Shown piece after piece: positions 1 through 10,092 of a DNA stretch of 15,734 nt. The position numbers were made by a program, and so were the translations under genes. This stretch comes from Nymphon striatum (taxonomy: Eukaryota): assembly GCA_016618385.1 (NCBI GenBank), contig JABFOP010000225.1, positions 1 through 15,734 of the forward strand, in the 5' to 3' direction. A model generated the notes under the pieces. It ran no database searches and was not told where the DNA came from. It saw only the letters and a list, made by a program, of their open reading frames with translations. Numbering within the stretch: the stretch's first letter is position 1; each line of letters begins with the position of its first letter.

Positions 1-584
1 ATCCCGTAAAAAATATCATGATTAAGAGCTTAACCATAACCACGAATAACAAACCACTATATCAGGTGGATTAAGGAATTATGGGTCTTGGCTTAGAAGA
101 TTTGCGGGCCTAGCTAAACATTAAAAAAGAAGTATTGCTTAGAGCAACAGTTATGAATTTATAGATTACATTTTTTTTTAGAATTAACACATTTTGTATT
201 TTAGTAACTGATAATTCTATTAACAGGACTTTTTTCAGTTTTTTTTAAATTGCACTTTTAAGCTCGACACATTTTTGAAAGCATTTAACAACAAAATTAA
301 ACAGCAGCAAATATATTACCGATCACAATTTTTGTTTCAGTTTTTTTTATTATTACGCTTCCTATCTACAAGTTTGGATATCTGCGCGTAATTAAATTTA
401 AAATGTTTTGAAAATCATCAACAAAATTGTTTTGCTATTTAAAATTGCGAGCCTCTCGTAGCTACGGGCCTTAGGCTACAGCCTATCAAGCCTATACTCT
501 ATCCGCCACTGGATATAAATAATATTCTGTTCTGAAAATGGAAAGGCTCATTTGGAATCGTCCTCCATTTCTTATTAACGTCTA

Positions 585-672
585 CAGCTTAGACGAGAGG
601 CATGTGCCACTACTTTTGGAATCGGTGCATTAATTAGCAATGAATAGCTGTAAGGCAGTTTGAGGGTTCATC
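585..672 (+). repeat. Copy of an uncharacterised dispersed repeat. Its inverted partner is at about 8800-8912.
   Basis: Seen in sequence: 'cgtctacagcttagacgagagg' and 'aatcggtgcattaattagcaatgaatagctgtaaggcag' recur as reverse complement at 8818-8912 ('ctgtaacgg...ctgtaaggtaag...aatcggtgcattaattagca'). Boundaries are approximate. Confidence 0.4.
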
Positions 673-1565
673 TCTCGACTGAACCTTTCCTATCACTTTT
701 TTTTTTATATATACACAACTCGTCCCAAGACGATCGTTCTTTAATCAGTAAAATTGTTACATAGTGTCTAGGAATTTGAATAGTTGAGTACATGTACATA
801 ATAATACAATTGTACAAAACATAGAACATTTACAATGAAAACAGTGTATATTTGACCAACTGACCAATAAAAATCTATCGTGGACCTTTACTCTTGAGCT
901 AAAACTTCATGCTAACGTGGTTCATCACAAACCAGACATCATAGCTTCACACACAAATTCTGACTCCACTATTATATTCGACTCAACTATTAGAAACGAA
1001 CTGTTGAATCAATGTAGGCACATGGAAATTTTTTTCAAGTTGTCCTAATGAGGTTTAAAATGTCATGAGGGGATAGAGCTTGGAATTACCTTTAAAATGA
1101 TACCTCATATGTCAAAATCCCTCCACCACAACCTGATTTACATCATTTTAAAGGGCGTAATTAAGGACTAATTAAACAATACATTTTACATAGAAACAGA
1201 CGAAAGAATTGTGATGGTAAAATAGTCAGAAAATAGAAGGGAAACTTTCTAACATCAATATCTTAATCCCAGAGCAATCCGATCCATCCTACCTCTAAAT
1301 CATAGTAAAATCTTCATCTAACATCATACTTCATAAATATGATGTTTATTCTTCATAATATGGCACTTAGTTTGGCCAAATAATACGTATTTTTTGTTAT
1401 TATTGATGTTGAATCAAGATGAAATTTCCAGAAAATCGGGTCAATTGAACTGGTGGAAGCAAGATGGCGGCCCCCATAACAAGATATGCGGCACAGATTT
1501 CAAAAATGGTCATTTTTGAGTTGAATAAAGCCTAAACTAAGTGTGCCTATCTTATCAATGATGTG

Positions 1566-1607
1566 CATTACTTCTTAGGTAAATCTTAGGTAAATTCTTA
1601 GGTAAAT
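1566..1607. repeat. Short tandem repeat, an 11-bp unit 'cttaggtaaat' present three times
   Basis: Seen in sequence: 'cttcttaggtaaatcttaggtaaattcttaggtaaatctgg'. Confidence 0.6.
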
Positions 1608-1740
1608 CTGGTGACTTTTATTCGACAAAATTCGAAATTTTTATCAAAAATCGGAGATCTTCCGTCAATTGTTCATTGATTTGCATCCATAGATATATAT
1701 AGAGAACTAGATAGCAGATCTATTGGTCAGACGTGAAGTA

Positions 1741-2170
1741 AATTGAAGGCGATCAACTCGGCCTAATTTTTCAATTTCACAGCATTGTTTTCAAGTGAAA
1801 GTGGAAGTTTTCAAGTTTTCAAGTGGATCGGGGACCGTATCGGGGTTTCCTAAGCTTTTGTGATGGCTTACAACTTATCAAATATCAATTTAACCTGCCT
1901 CGTTTGATTTACAGAGGGAAAACAGAGAGTCGTCCCAGTCGATTTTGATTCAAACTTGAAGGTTAAATCGAAATCGACTGGGACGACTCTCTGTTTTCCC
2001 AAATCAAACGAGGCAGGTTAAATTGATATTTGATAAGTTGTAAGCCATCACAAAAGCTCAGGAAACCCCGATACGGTCCCCGATCCACTTGAAAACTTGA
2101 AAACTTCCACTTTCACTTGAAAACAATGCTGTGAAATTGAAAAATTGGGCCGAGTTGATCGCCTCCAATT
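1741..2170. repeat. Large near-perfect palindrome (foldback-type inverted repeat). Arms are about 205 bp (1741-1946 and 1971-2170) with a central spacer of about 22 bp. Weaker inverted-repeat similarity extends to about 1723-2188.
   Basis: Seen in sequence: left arm 'aattgaaggcgatcaactcggcctaatttttcaatttcacagcattgttttcaagtgaaagtggaagttttcaagttttcaagtgg...cagagagtcgtcccagtcgattt'. The reverse complement of the right arm is 'aattggaggcgatcaactcggcccaattttt...cagagagtcgtcccagtcgattt'. There are only about 3 mismatches and one small indel across about 200 bp. Each arm carries internal 'ttttcaagt' sub-repeats. Confidence 0.9.
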
Positions 2171-2284
2171 TACTTCATCTCACCGTCAGATTTAACATGG
2201 TGGACACGCCCATTCGTCAGTCCAGTTCTCTATACAGGTCAGTGTTTGCATCAGATAAGAACTAAAATGTAGGGCAGCCTATGG

Positions 2285-2395
2285 CGTATGTAACAAGCCT
2301 TCTGATTGGTTGAAATAATGCAGAGTACAGCTCCAGCGCGATTCGGCAGCCACCGGTGCAAAAATGAGGAAATTTAAAATTTAACGTCGCTCACA
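2285..2395 (+). promoter_or_regulatory. Speculative promoter-like segment: an inverted CCAAT box ('ctgattggtt') and an A/T-rich TATA-like 'tttaaaattt' upstream of the ATG at 2455
   Basis: Seen in sequence: 'ccttctgattggttgaaataatg' at about 2298-2320 and 'aatttaaaatttaacg' at about 2368-2385. This GC-richer block lies immediately after the palindrome and upstream of a 66-aa ORF (2455-2655). No homology is recognised for that ORF. Confidence 0.15.
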
Positions 2396-3010
2396 CAGTT
2401 CTCAGGCACAGATACACATGAACAGATATGCGGTGATTTCCAAGTGCCTACTCAATGTCTAAAGCGAAGGAAGAGAAAATAAATAATTACGAAGCACTCC
2501 TGCCAATATGGTTCGGTGCACGTGGAGCTGTAGGTCCAGAAGCTATTTCTATTCTATATAATAAATTCAATTTGAAGAATGACTTTTTAAATGAAATCTC
2601 CATAAAAATACTTAAAACATGCTTACAGCTATATTTTCATGTAATTCACGCTTGATTTTTAATGTTCATTTTTATAATGTTCATTTATTAAAATTTCTAT
2701 AATATGTTTTATCATTTTATTCATATTATCTCGCCATTGTTATCATTTTTCTTTTTTGTCCTTTCTTTTCTTTTCATTGATTTGTGTTATTTTCATGACA
2801 ATCTATTTTTTTGTATGGCTTTGTAAGCTGCTTTTTATATAAATAAAAAGATTTTTCTTCTCTCTAGTCTGAGACAGCTGATGTATAACGTTTAAGATTG
2901 AATTTGTGGATCAAAACGCCAAACAATAATATCCTTCTTCCTCAATCTTTCTGAAAGTCTGAATAGGAAGATAGAGGACGACTGAAAATGAGAATTTAAG
3001 CTTAAACCCA

Positions 3011-3042
3011 GCAAAACAAACAAACAAACAAACAAAATCCAT
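3011..3042. repeat. Microsatellite (CAAA)n, about 6 units
   Basis: Seen in sequence: 'gcaaaacaaacaaacaaacaaacaaaatcc'. Confidence 0.85.
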
Positions 3043-3469
3043 CTTCTTAGACACTAAGAAGAAGAGATTATCGAAAAGAAAAATCACATGAAGAAAGGTC
3101 CCTCAACCTACACTCCGGCAAACCAGTGTGAAAGCCACTTGTCTAAGCTATAGATATTTTATACACACGTATAACACTTCAGTTTGCAAAAGTGCTGTAC
3201 TGTGTGCATTATTTTGTGATAGAATAAGTTTGGTTTCTAGCTTTTGCCAAACCTATGCTATTCTCCAACCATTCTGAAAGTTCATGTAAGAGGATGGAAA
3301 AATACTCCAACACTAAAGAAAGCCCAGATTGTTGAGTGGTATAAGATCTTTCTGGGCCAGATTGACCCAGGCCCGAATTTCATTCCACCCTTTCATCCTT
3401 TACGTTGTGTATTTATCATACGTTCCTCTCTGAAACTTGATGCATGTTGGCTTAGGATATAGAGGATAT

Positions 3470-3598
3470 GGAATGAGTGCCCGTTGGATACATCAATATC
3501 ATATCCAACGGGAACGAATTTCGTATTCTGTTTATCACATAACTGGCAGATAGCTTTGAAAGTAATTAAAAATATTTATATAAAATAGATTCAGTTGC
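3470..3598. mobile_element. Right-end fragment of a MITE-like element. It comprises the terminal inverted repeat of the 'ataaacagaata' family plus the internal 'gaatgagtgcccgttgg' hairpin module.
   Basis: Seen in sequence: 'gaatttcgtattctgtttatcacataactggcagatagctttgaaagtaattaaaaatatttatataaaatagattcag' is the reverse complement of the left-TIR sequence found at 10440-10520 and 10965-11055. It is preceded by the perfect 11-bp-stem hairpin 'cccgttggata catcaatatcat atccaacggg'. Confidence 0.5.
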
Positions 3599-4397
3599 TC
3601 TTTTTTTTTTCAACACAGCGATTTCAAATTTACGTGATTTTAAAGGAAGAAAGAAAACATGCATTAATACAGTGTAAGCTACTGAAAAAAAAAAAAGAAA
3701 AAGTTGAGTTTCAAGTTGCACAAAAGAAAATTGTTAATTTACACTAGGATATTTTGAAGTTTATTGAACTTAGAGAAGGAGGATCTATATTGGATATAGC
3801 TCCTTCTTCTCCAAGGTTATTAAACATGTGACAAAATTAATTCTTATCGATAATTGGTTATGCTTACTAAACCCATGTGTGTGGAGTGCTTTTAGTCGAT
3901 GATTGGTGAAACTTTCAAGAAACGTCAAATGTATTGCATACCACTGAATATCGCCTCTTTTATGTGATAAAAAAATGTACACAGATATCCAAGTTAACAT
4001 ACATTACCTTATTACCTCTGAACGTTAAAGAACTAACTTAGTTGTTCAAAGAAGAATAGAGCGGAGGACCCTGTGAATTTTCCTTCATGTAACGCGATCT
4101 ATGACATTAAATAGCTATAGATCGTTTCATCACACAACTTCTATAAATATTGTAAATATCGTAAACACGTCCTATAATGTAATAATAATAATAGCCTTTA
4201 CCACACGTTAAATTGTCTTTTACAGTAGAGTCGAATCTCATTTCCCCAATTTCATTCATCTTCAGTTTAGATAACAAAAAAAAAATTCATTTTGTCAGAT
4301 ATGTCTAGTCAACATTGAACCGAACACTCAATTTTTTACTTTTGAAACTTAATAGCCCAGGGGCCTACACTACTTCCCTCCCCTCCACAATGTTATC

Positions 4398-4600
4398 GTG
4401 TGAATGCTTCCCTGTATCAAATTGAATCAATTTTAAAATCTACTTTAATTAATAAATTCATTTTGTTGTATGATAAACCGAATATAAAATTCGTGACTGT
4501 TGCTTATGGGATATATGAAACTCGCCAACTTTGTTTTAATTTCAGCTCGTTCCATATATCTCATAAACAACGGGCACTCATTCTATGTCCTCTATTTATT
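4398..4600. mobile_element. Left-end fragment of the same MITE-like family. The inner TIR is diverged and the internal 'caacgggcactcattctatgtcctctat' module is present.
   Basis: Seen in sequence: 'aattgaatcaattttaaaatctactttaattaataaattcatttt' matches the TIR outer part at 10440 and 10965. 'caacgggcactcattctatgtcctctat' (4569-4596) matches 'tgcccgttgctcattctatatcctctatg' (11063-11090) and the reverse complement of 'gaatgagtgcccgttgg' (3476-3492). Confidence 0.45.
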
Positions 4601-5444
4601 GTAATATCGATCAATCTTCCTGTTTCCTTTCAATCAAAATGCCAGTGTCTAGCGTATGAAGAATGGAGCTTTTTAAATAGTAGCTGCTCTTTCAAAAGTT
4701 CACAAACTGTATAATTTTCTTGGACTCAATGTCGCCACTACACTTGAAGGTTATTTATAGAGCTCAGGAAAAGCGGCAATTCCATATAGATTTTATTGTT
4801 TCGGATCAAACAATCGCTTATATTTTCAATTTATCCCTGTTACATCCATGCTTCATCTCACATTTTAAAATACAATTTTTATTTCTTAACTTATCTGTAA
4901 ATATTTTAATGATAAAATCGATAAGATTTCTTGAGGACGGAGTATTGAACATTTTCGACGCTTAAACTGCCAAACTTTTGATATATGATTGAAGAATAAG
5001 ATGGTAAATATTGTCAACATCTGCCAGAAATATTACCAGCAAAACTTTTAGAGCGAAGACTTATCGGATCGTGTCTGCAAAAGAAGACTGACATTAAGGA
5101 AACCGTTTTCATAGCTGAGTCATATGGCAGCTATGGTTGGTCATGAATAAGAATATCTAAAGCGTTTAGCATCAAAGGCAAACTCGTGGACGATATCCAA
5201 GAAAGGACAATAAGCCATTAAGGTACACAGCAACATATTGCAAAACAACTTGTAATGGTCGTTTAAGACATTTGAATCACTCTATAAAGTATCTTCTGAA
5301 CAAATCCCAATAGCTATGAATTACAGCTCATTGTCATTTTTAGCAACTGATATCCATAGCTATCTGTGACCGCTGAGACTAGAATAGAGAACATATTTCT
5401 GGGCAGCAAAAGTGAACTAAAAATTATGAGTCAATATTAACACC

Positions 5445-6110
5445 CCCCCCCACTCAAGTACATTTAGGGGCCGCATGCGCGTTCCGATTTTTTCGGGAAA
5501 GGCTGGGGTATTTCCAAGGAAAAACTCGGGTGAAAAATCCCAGAAAAATCAAAAATAGGGGGTTAATTTTATGATCGAACCCCGAGAAATTAAAAAAAAG
5601 GGGGATTTATTTCAAAGATGCATGCCCGAGTTAATTAGTTAGTTAGTTCCTACATAGTTGCCAAGTTTTTGCTCCCAATTTCACCTATCCTTTAAATTGA
5701 AACTTAACTCATGCTTATATGAAGGGGGTAAAGGGGGTGCCAAATGGCATAAATCGCATATAAAATCGAAATTATAATGAATTACCATGCACCATCATTA
5801 GGCAGAAAATAGAACCGAAGGCTCATAACTGTGCTTTTGTACAGGTGTGGCTTGCACACATATTCTTGGGTCTTATAAATTCTTGATATTTTTGATACCC
5901 TAGAAAGGGGGTTAAAATATTTGAATCCCTTAGGAAAGGGGTACCTGGATCCCTGAAACCCCTTAGAAAGGGAGTGGAAAATGTGATAAAAGCCCGTGAT
6001 AGGGGATAGAAAAATTGGAAAATTCCTTAGATAGGGGGTGCTTTGAAATATTGGGTACACGCTGTGGCCCCCTCCTGTTTGCTGGGACTGGGAGAGCCGG
6101 GTATTAAAAG
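5445..6110. repeat. G-run-rich degenerate tandem and interspersed repeat block. Units are about 25-35 bp of the form 'cc(c)ttagRaaggggg...', and a C9 run at 5445-5453 marks the left edge.
   Basis: Seen in sequence: 5880-6045 'ccctagaaagggggttaaaatatttgaatccc ttaggaaaggggtacctggatccctgaaacccc ttagaaagggagtggaaaatgtgataaaagcccgtga taggggatagaaaaattggaaaattcc ttagatagggggtgc'. Similar G4-5 / C3-5 punctuated units occur at 5470-5620 ('ttaggggccgc...ggctggggta...aatagggggtt...aaagggggat') and 5715-5740 ('gaagggggtaaagggggtgcc'). Confidence 0.5.
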
Positions 6111-6384
6111 CACCCAGTGGCAGGTGTAATTATTGAATTCCTGTGATAACCTGCACTTAATAAGTTGATATCTTCTTTCATAAACGTCAAGAACAACAAT
6201 GGGGTAGATCGATTAACATGAAAATTGCCGTGCAAAACCCTGCTTTCTGTTGCCTAACAACATCTAAAAGGTGCCATCAATTAATCACTAGAGAAAAACT
6301 GCCAGTTATTATTATTTTCTTTTATTTCCAAGGAATTACCTACGGGAACAAGTTCCCTTTACAGGGTCCGTAATAATCTGTATA

Positions 6385-6680
6385 TAATGTAAGTGTACCA
6401 CTTCACCGGGAAGTTGTCACCCTACTCTTGTTCGAATAGTGAAGTGGGTTCTATAACGTGCAGAAGGAATGGCTATCCTTTACACGGAACCTCCATTTAA
6501 CGTCCTATCTGAGGGACAGAGTATTTTCTTTCTAAAACCAACCTGCATCCAGTATCAGAGAGGAGAGCACGATAATACACAACGTAAAGGGAGAACAAGT
6601 GGTGGGGTTCGAATGAGGTTCGAACCTGGGTAATTAAAGCCGAGAATACAGATGTTAACCGCTCAGCCACTGCGCTCTTA
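6385..6680 (-). mobile_element. tRNA-derived SINE, copy 1, near full length. The Pol III A-box and B-box are in the 5' head.
   Basis: Seen in sequence: the reverse complement gives 'gagcgcagtggctgagcggttaac...cccaggttcgaacctcattcgaacc' (A-box-like TGGCTGAGCGG, B-box GGTTCGAACC). The body that follows, '...ctgatactggatgcaggttggttttagaaagaaaatactctgtccctcagataggacg...cactattcgaacaag', is shared with copies at 12250-12512 and 14333-14607. Boundaries are approximate to within 15 bp. Confidence 0.7.
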
Positions 6681-7618
6681 CAGCTCTCACTAATGCAATT
6701 CTACAATTCTCAAAGCCTGAAAACTTCAAGCCAAAAATGTCACTTTCGTGATCTAAAATCAATTATTTGTGAGATGATACAGTTGTGTATTCTTAATATT
6801 TCCTGCTCTCAGTAGTGATGTTGGTGAAAAATGCACTGCAAACTTAACTATATAAATTCATAACATTATACTATGTTCGAGTGAATCTTACATTTAAACA
6901 GTATAGTAATCGCAAATACGTTTAAAAGAAAGAGATGGAATATTGAGAAATATAGTGAGCAGCGTAAGTTTCAAAACGTTTCTGGAAATTTTCAAAATAA
7001 TTCGGAGCAACAGCAATTTTTTTCCTTGGTTTATATTTTGTTTGGTTTACATTTGAAAACTGAATAGTACTGCAGATGAATAATCTATACAGGGTTGATA
7101 TATCATCCTGAAAAGGTTTTCGATTTCATCATTTTGATGATACCAAAAAGTGTCGTCTATCAATAAATTCGTTTTCTTGAAGATATCATTCCACGCAGTG
7201 AAGAGATTAGATTATTCGCGTCAATGCCGTCAAATTCCCTTTCGTCTCTTTTCAGATATCTTATATACTCTAAAGAAACTCAAAGAGCTCAATATGTCGA
7301 AGTGATACGGCGGTGATGACTTATGGTGCCAACAATGGTTAAATGTGGATCGCGTTTGCAGCCTTACTCTGAAGTACCTACATTTTATGAATCTATCTAC
7401 GTACGTATAAAAGCATCTAGAACGATCAATTTCTATGAAAAAACATAAAAAACGTGGCACAGCATCGTTATATGTTATATGATTAATCAAGGAATATAAA
7501 TTTTCAGGAAGAGCAAACTTATATGGACTGCGAAGGCTTTTATGAAAATACCGTTCCTCTTATAACGAAGTGAATTGATGACAAAGAATAAAACAAACAT
7601 TTCATAAGCTAGGGAACC

Positions 7619-8385
7619 ATATGTGACCCGCCATAGCAAAATGAGTCGTAATTCGCACATTTACGAACTGAGCTATAGCCGATTAAAGCAAAGAAAACTT
7701 AAAATTTTCGATTTTTACGTATCTATATAAAATAAAACCCGATAATTAATTTAATGTAAAGGTTCAGTTGATTAAACCACGCTAACTTACTTAAATTTAT
7801 GTTTTTCCCGAGTTGATATTGAAACTATAATATAAAACAATGCATGAAATTAGTCAAATTACCTCATTTTCGATCATTAAACACTTTTCCGCGGAAACCC
7901 CATGAAAATTTAACATCTACAGAATCGTCTCTTTGTCTAGTTTCTAAATATATAAGGCATGTTCGGGTTTTTCCCAATATACACCAATTATCGCTCGGTA
8001 TTTCCACCGGTATTCCATAAAAAAAATGATGCTTGTTGCTAAGATCAAACCACTCCCATCGCTGATTGGCTCCCGTGGCCCACGTGACGAGAATCGCTTA
8101 CTATGTTCAGTGCTATTCATTTGATGACAGACGACAGTTCTCGTTTCACAACTTTTCACAACTTACAATTATGATGATGTTTAAGATCAATTATCTCAGA
8201 ATATTTTTCTTTTTAACTCCGATACACTGGCATCTTTAAAATGTCATAATTCGGTAACCGGTTGATGGATTGAAAAGCTGTTTGGATTTAATGAAAGCTG
8301 ACATTCTTATCTTTCTATTGGTATTTATAACTCCAAATCACAATTTTGCGAATTACGACTCATTTTGCTATGGTGGGTCACATAT
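7619..8385. mobile_element. Nonautonomous DNA-transposon-like element (767 bp) with 39-bp terminal inverted repeats and no transposase ORF
   Basis: Seen in sequence: left TIR 7619-7657 'atatgtgacccgccatagcaaaatgagtcgtaattcgca'. Right TIR 8347-8385 'tgcgaattacgactcattttgctatggtgggtcacatat', whose reverse complement is 'atatgtgacccaccatagcaaaatgagtcgtaattcgca'. That is 38 of 39 identical. The interior has only a 71-aa ORF with no recognisable domain. The interior also carries 'gctgattggctcccgtggcccacgtgac' (inverted CCAAT plus CACGTG E-box). Confidence 0.7.
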
Positions 8386-8799
8386 CATTATTATATAGGT
8401 TCACTTCAATGATGCTGCATGGTAACGCTCTAGGAAATGAGAACTACAATAGTTTTCATTAAGAGGTACTAAACTAAAATTAGATAGATACAGTACACAA
8501 CGTCACAGATCCTAAAACAAGAGTGAGCGTGTAAATTCACTCCGAATATCCCACCAAGAACTATTAAAACCGAAGGAGATTCTGTTAAAGACAATCTTCA
8601 GACTATATAAATGAATATGCATTTATTATTATTATTATTAGGTCAGTTTTACTATCAACTATTATTGTTAAACTTTGAAACATTTTGTTTTGTTAGGTTT
8701 AACAACCCACTGATGCCATGCTATAAAAGCTCATTCGGAGTTATCCTCATCTTCCTATTTAGACTTTTAAAAGGGTTGGAAAATAAAGGGATTATCTAT

Positions 8800-8912
8800 A
8801 GGAAAGATTCAGCTGAGGGAAGAACCTCCATCTTACCTTACAGCAAATCAGTGCTAATTAATGCACCGATTTCTCAAACAGAGGTGAAACCCTCTCGTCT
8901 AAGCTGTAACGG
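8800..8912 (-). repeat. Inverted copy of the uncharacterised dispersed repeat seen at 585-672
   Basis: Seen in sequence: the reverse complement of 8818-8912 contains 'aatcggtgcattaattagcactgatttgctgtaaggtaag' and 'cgttacagcttagacgagaggg', matching 586-672. It overlaps the poly-Leu ORF 8611-9015, so that ORF is not a credible gene. Confidence 0.4.
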
Positions 8913-9361
8913 TAGGAAACATTTTTGCGCATTGTTGTGTTGCAACATCCTGGTCCAACTCTCCAGAACCGAAATCCACAGTTCAAGTATACAGGTCTAC
9001 CATCGTGGAGCTTGAGATCAATAGGGCGGTTATTCTACCGATCTCAGTGGACATAAAAATGTGTTATAAAACGATTAACGGCGAGAGATGTTTTTAATGG
9101 GCAACAGATTTTAAGTGACAATAATCTTGAACAATGACAAATGGCTCTTAATAGTTTTCTTAATGGTTTTTCACTTTACTCAGATGTTTTTATTGCATTT
9201 GACTTGACCGGGGGCTTCAATAGTGTCATTTAATTTAATTACGAGCATTTTAAAGAGGCAACAGATCGGGAAATGCTTTTAATGATTTGGCCAGGGGAGG
9301 CTCTTTGATAAAACCTTACAATTTTCTTTATACATTTGTTCAAACTGAATCTATTTTAAAT

Positions 9362-9418
9362 TAATTTTAATTAATTTTCAAAGCTATCTATTGATTATGT
9401 GATAAACAGAACACCAAA
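9362..9418. mobile_element. Short degenerate fragment of the MITE-like TIR ('...ttttcaaagctatct...gtgataaacagaa')
   Basis: Seen in sequence: 'aattaattttcaaagctatctattgattatgtgataaacagaacacc' resembles the inner TIR 'ttcattttcaaagctacctgccggttgtgcgataaacagaata'. Confidence 0.3.
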
Positions 9419-10092
9419 CTCGACCACGTCGTATACAGAATATATGACGGGAACTCATCACGTATCCTCTATATACTTTTTTCTTGAAACCAGTCCCTGT
9501 ATTTGAAAGAGGCACCCCCCATAAAAAATCTTGGCTACGGGCATGACAACATTGTTTACCCATAGCGGACCTTGGATAAGCCGTTGGCCAAGTTTCATTA
9601 GTTACTAATTTGTTCCGGGTATAAACCAATTTTTACTGTAAACAATATATACGTAGTAACTAACGATCGAGAATAGAAAAGACCAACATTAACTAACATA
9701 GCCTTCATAGTTCTTCGTTCTATTTTACTTGCTATCAAGCATTTTATTAATTACTTCATTAGCTGCTTATTTGAACTGATTCTCTATCTCTTCATTGTCT
9801 TCTAAAATGTGGAGAATAGCTTCAAAATCATCTCCGAAGAAAAACAAATTGTTCATGTCAGCCATACTATAGTGTAAAATGATCTATGCTTATGAACGAT
9901 CAGTGTCACGTGATGGTGCAATTCAACCTCGAACTCCTGACAATAGGCAGTCTTTGAAGTTTGCAGGGTTTCATAACCAGTCTCCTCTATTAACTATGAT
10001 ATGATTAACGCTAGTTTTCCAACGGCAAGGTAGATTATTAGTAGAGATGGCGATGTTGAAAAGAGCTACTTAAAATTATGATATACAATACT

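Noticed and set aside
3480-3512. Perfect 11-bp-stem hairpin 'cccgttggata...tatccaacggg' as a possible standalone regulatory hairpin or terminator
   Set aside because: The same module, in diverged form, sits at the matching internal position of other MITE copies (4569-4584, 11063-11078). It is therefore part of the transposon, not an independent element.
7619-8385. Target-site duplication for the 767-bp TIR element
   Set aside because: Both ends carry 'atat' adjacent to 'gtgaccc/gggtcac'. ATAT is self-complementary, so it could be either a 4-bp TSD or part of the TIR. This cannot be resolved from one copy, so no TSD is claimed.
8611-9015. 134-aa ORF (MNMHLLLLLLGQFYYQLLLL...)
   Set aside because: It is low-complexity and poly-Leu from (tta)n-like DNA. 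Its 3' half is the inverted copy of the dispersed repeat also present at 585-672. No recognisable domain.
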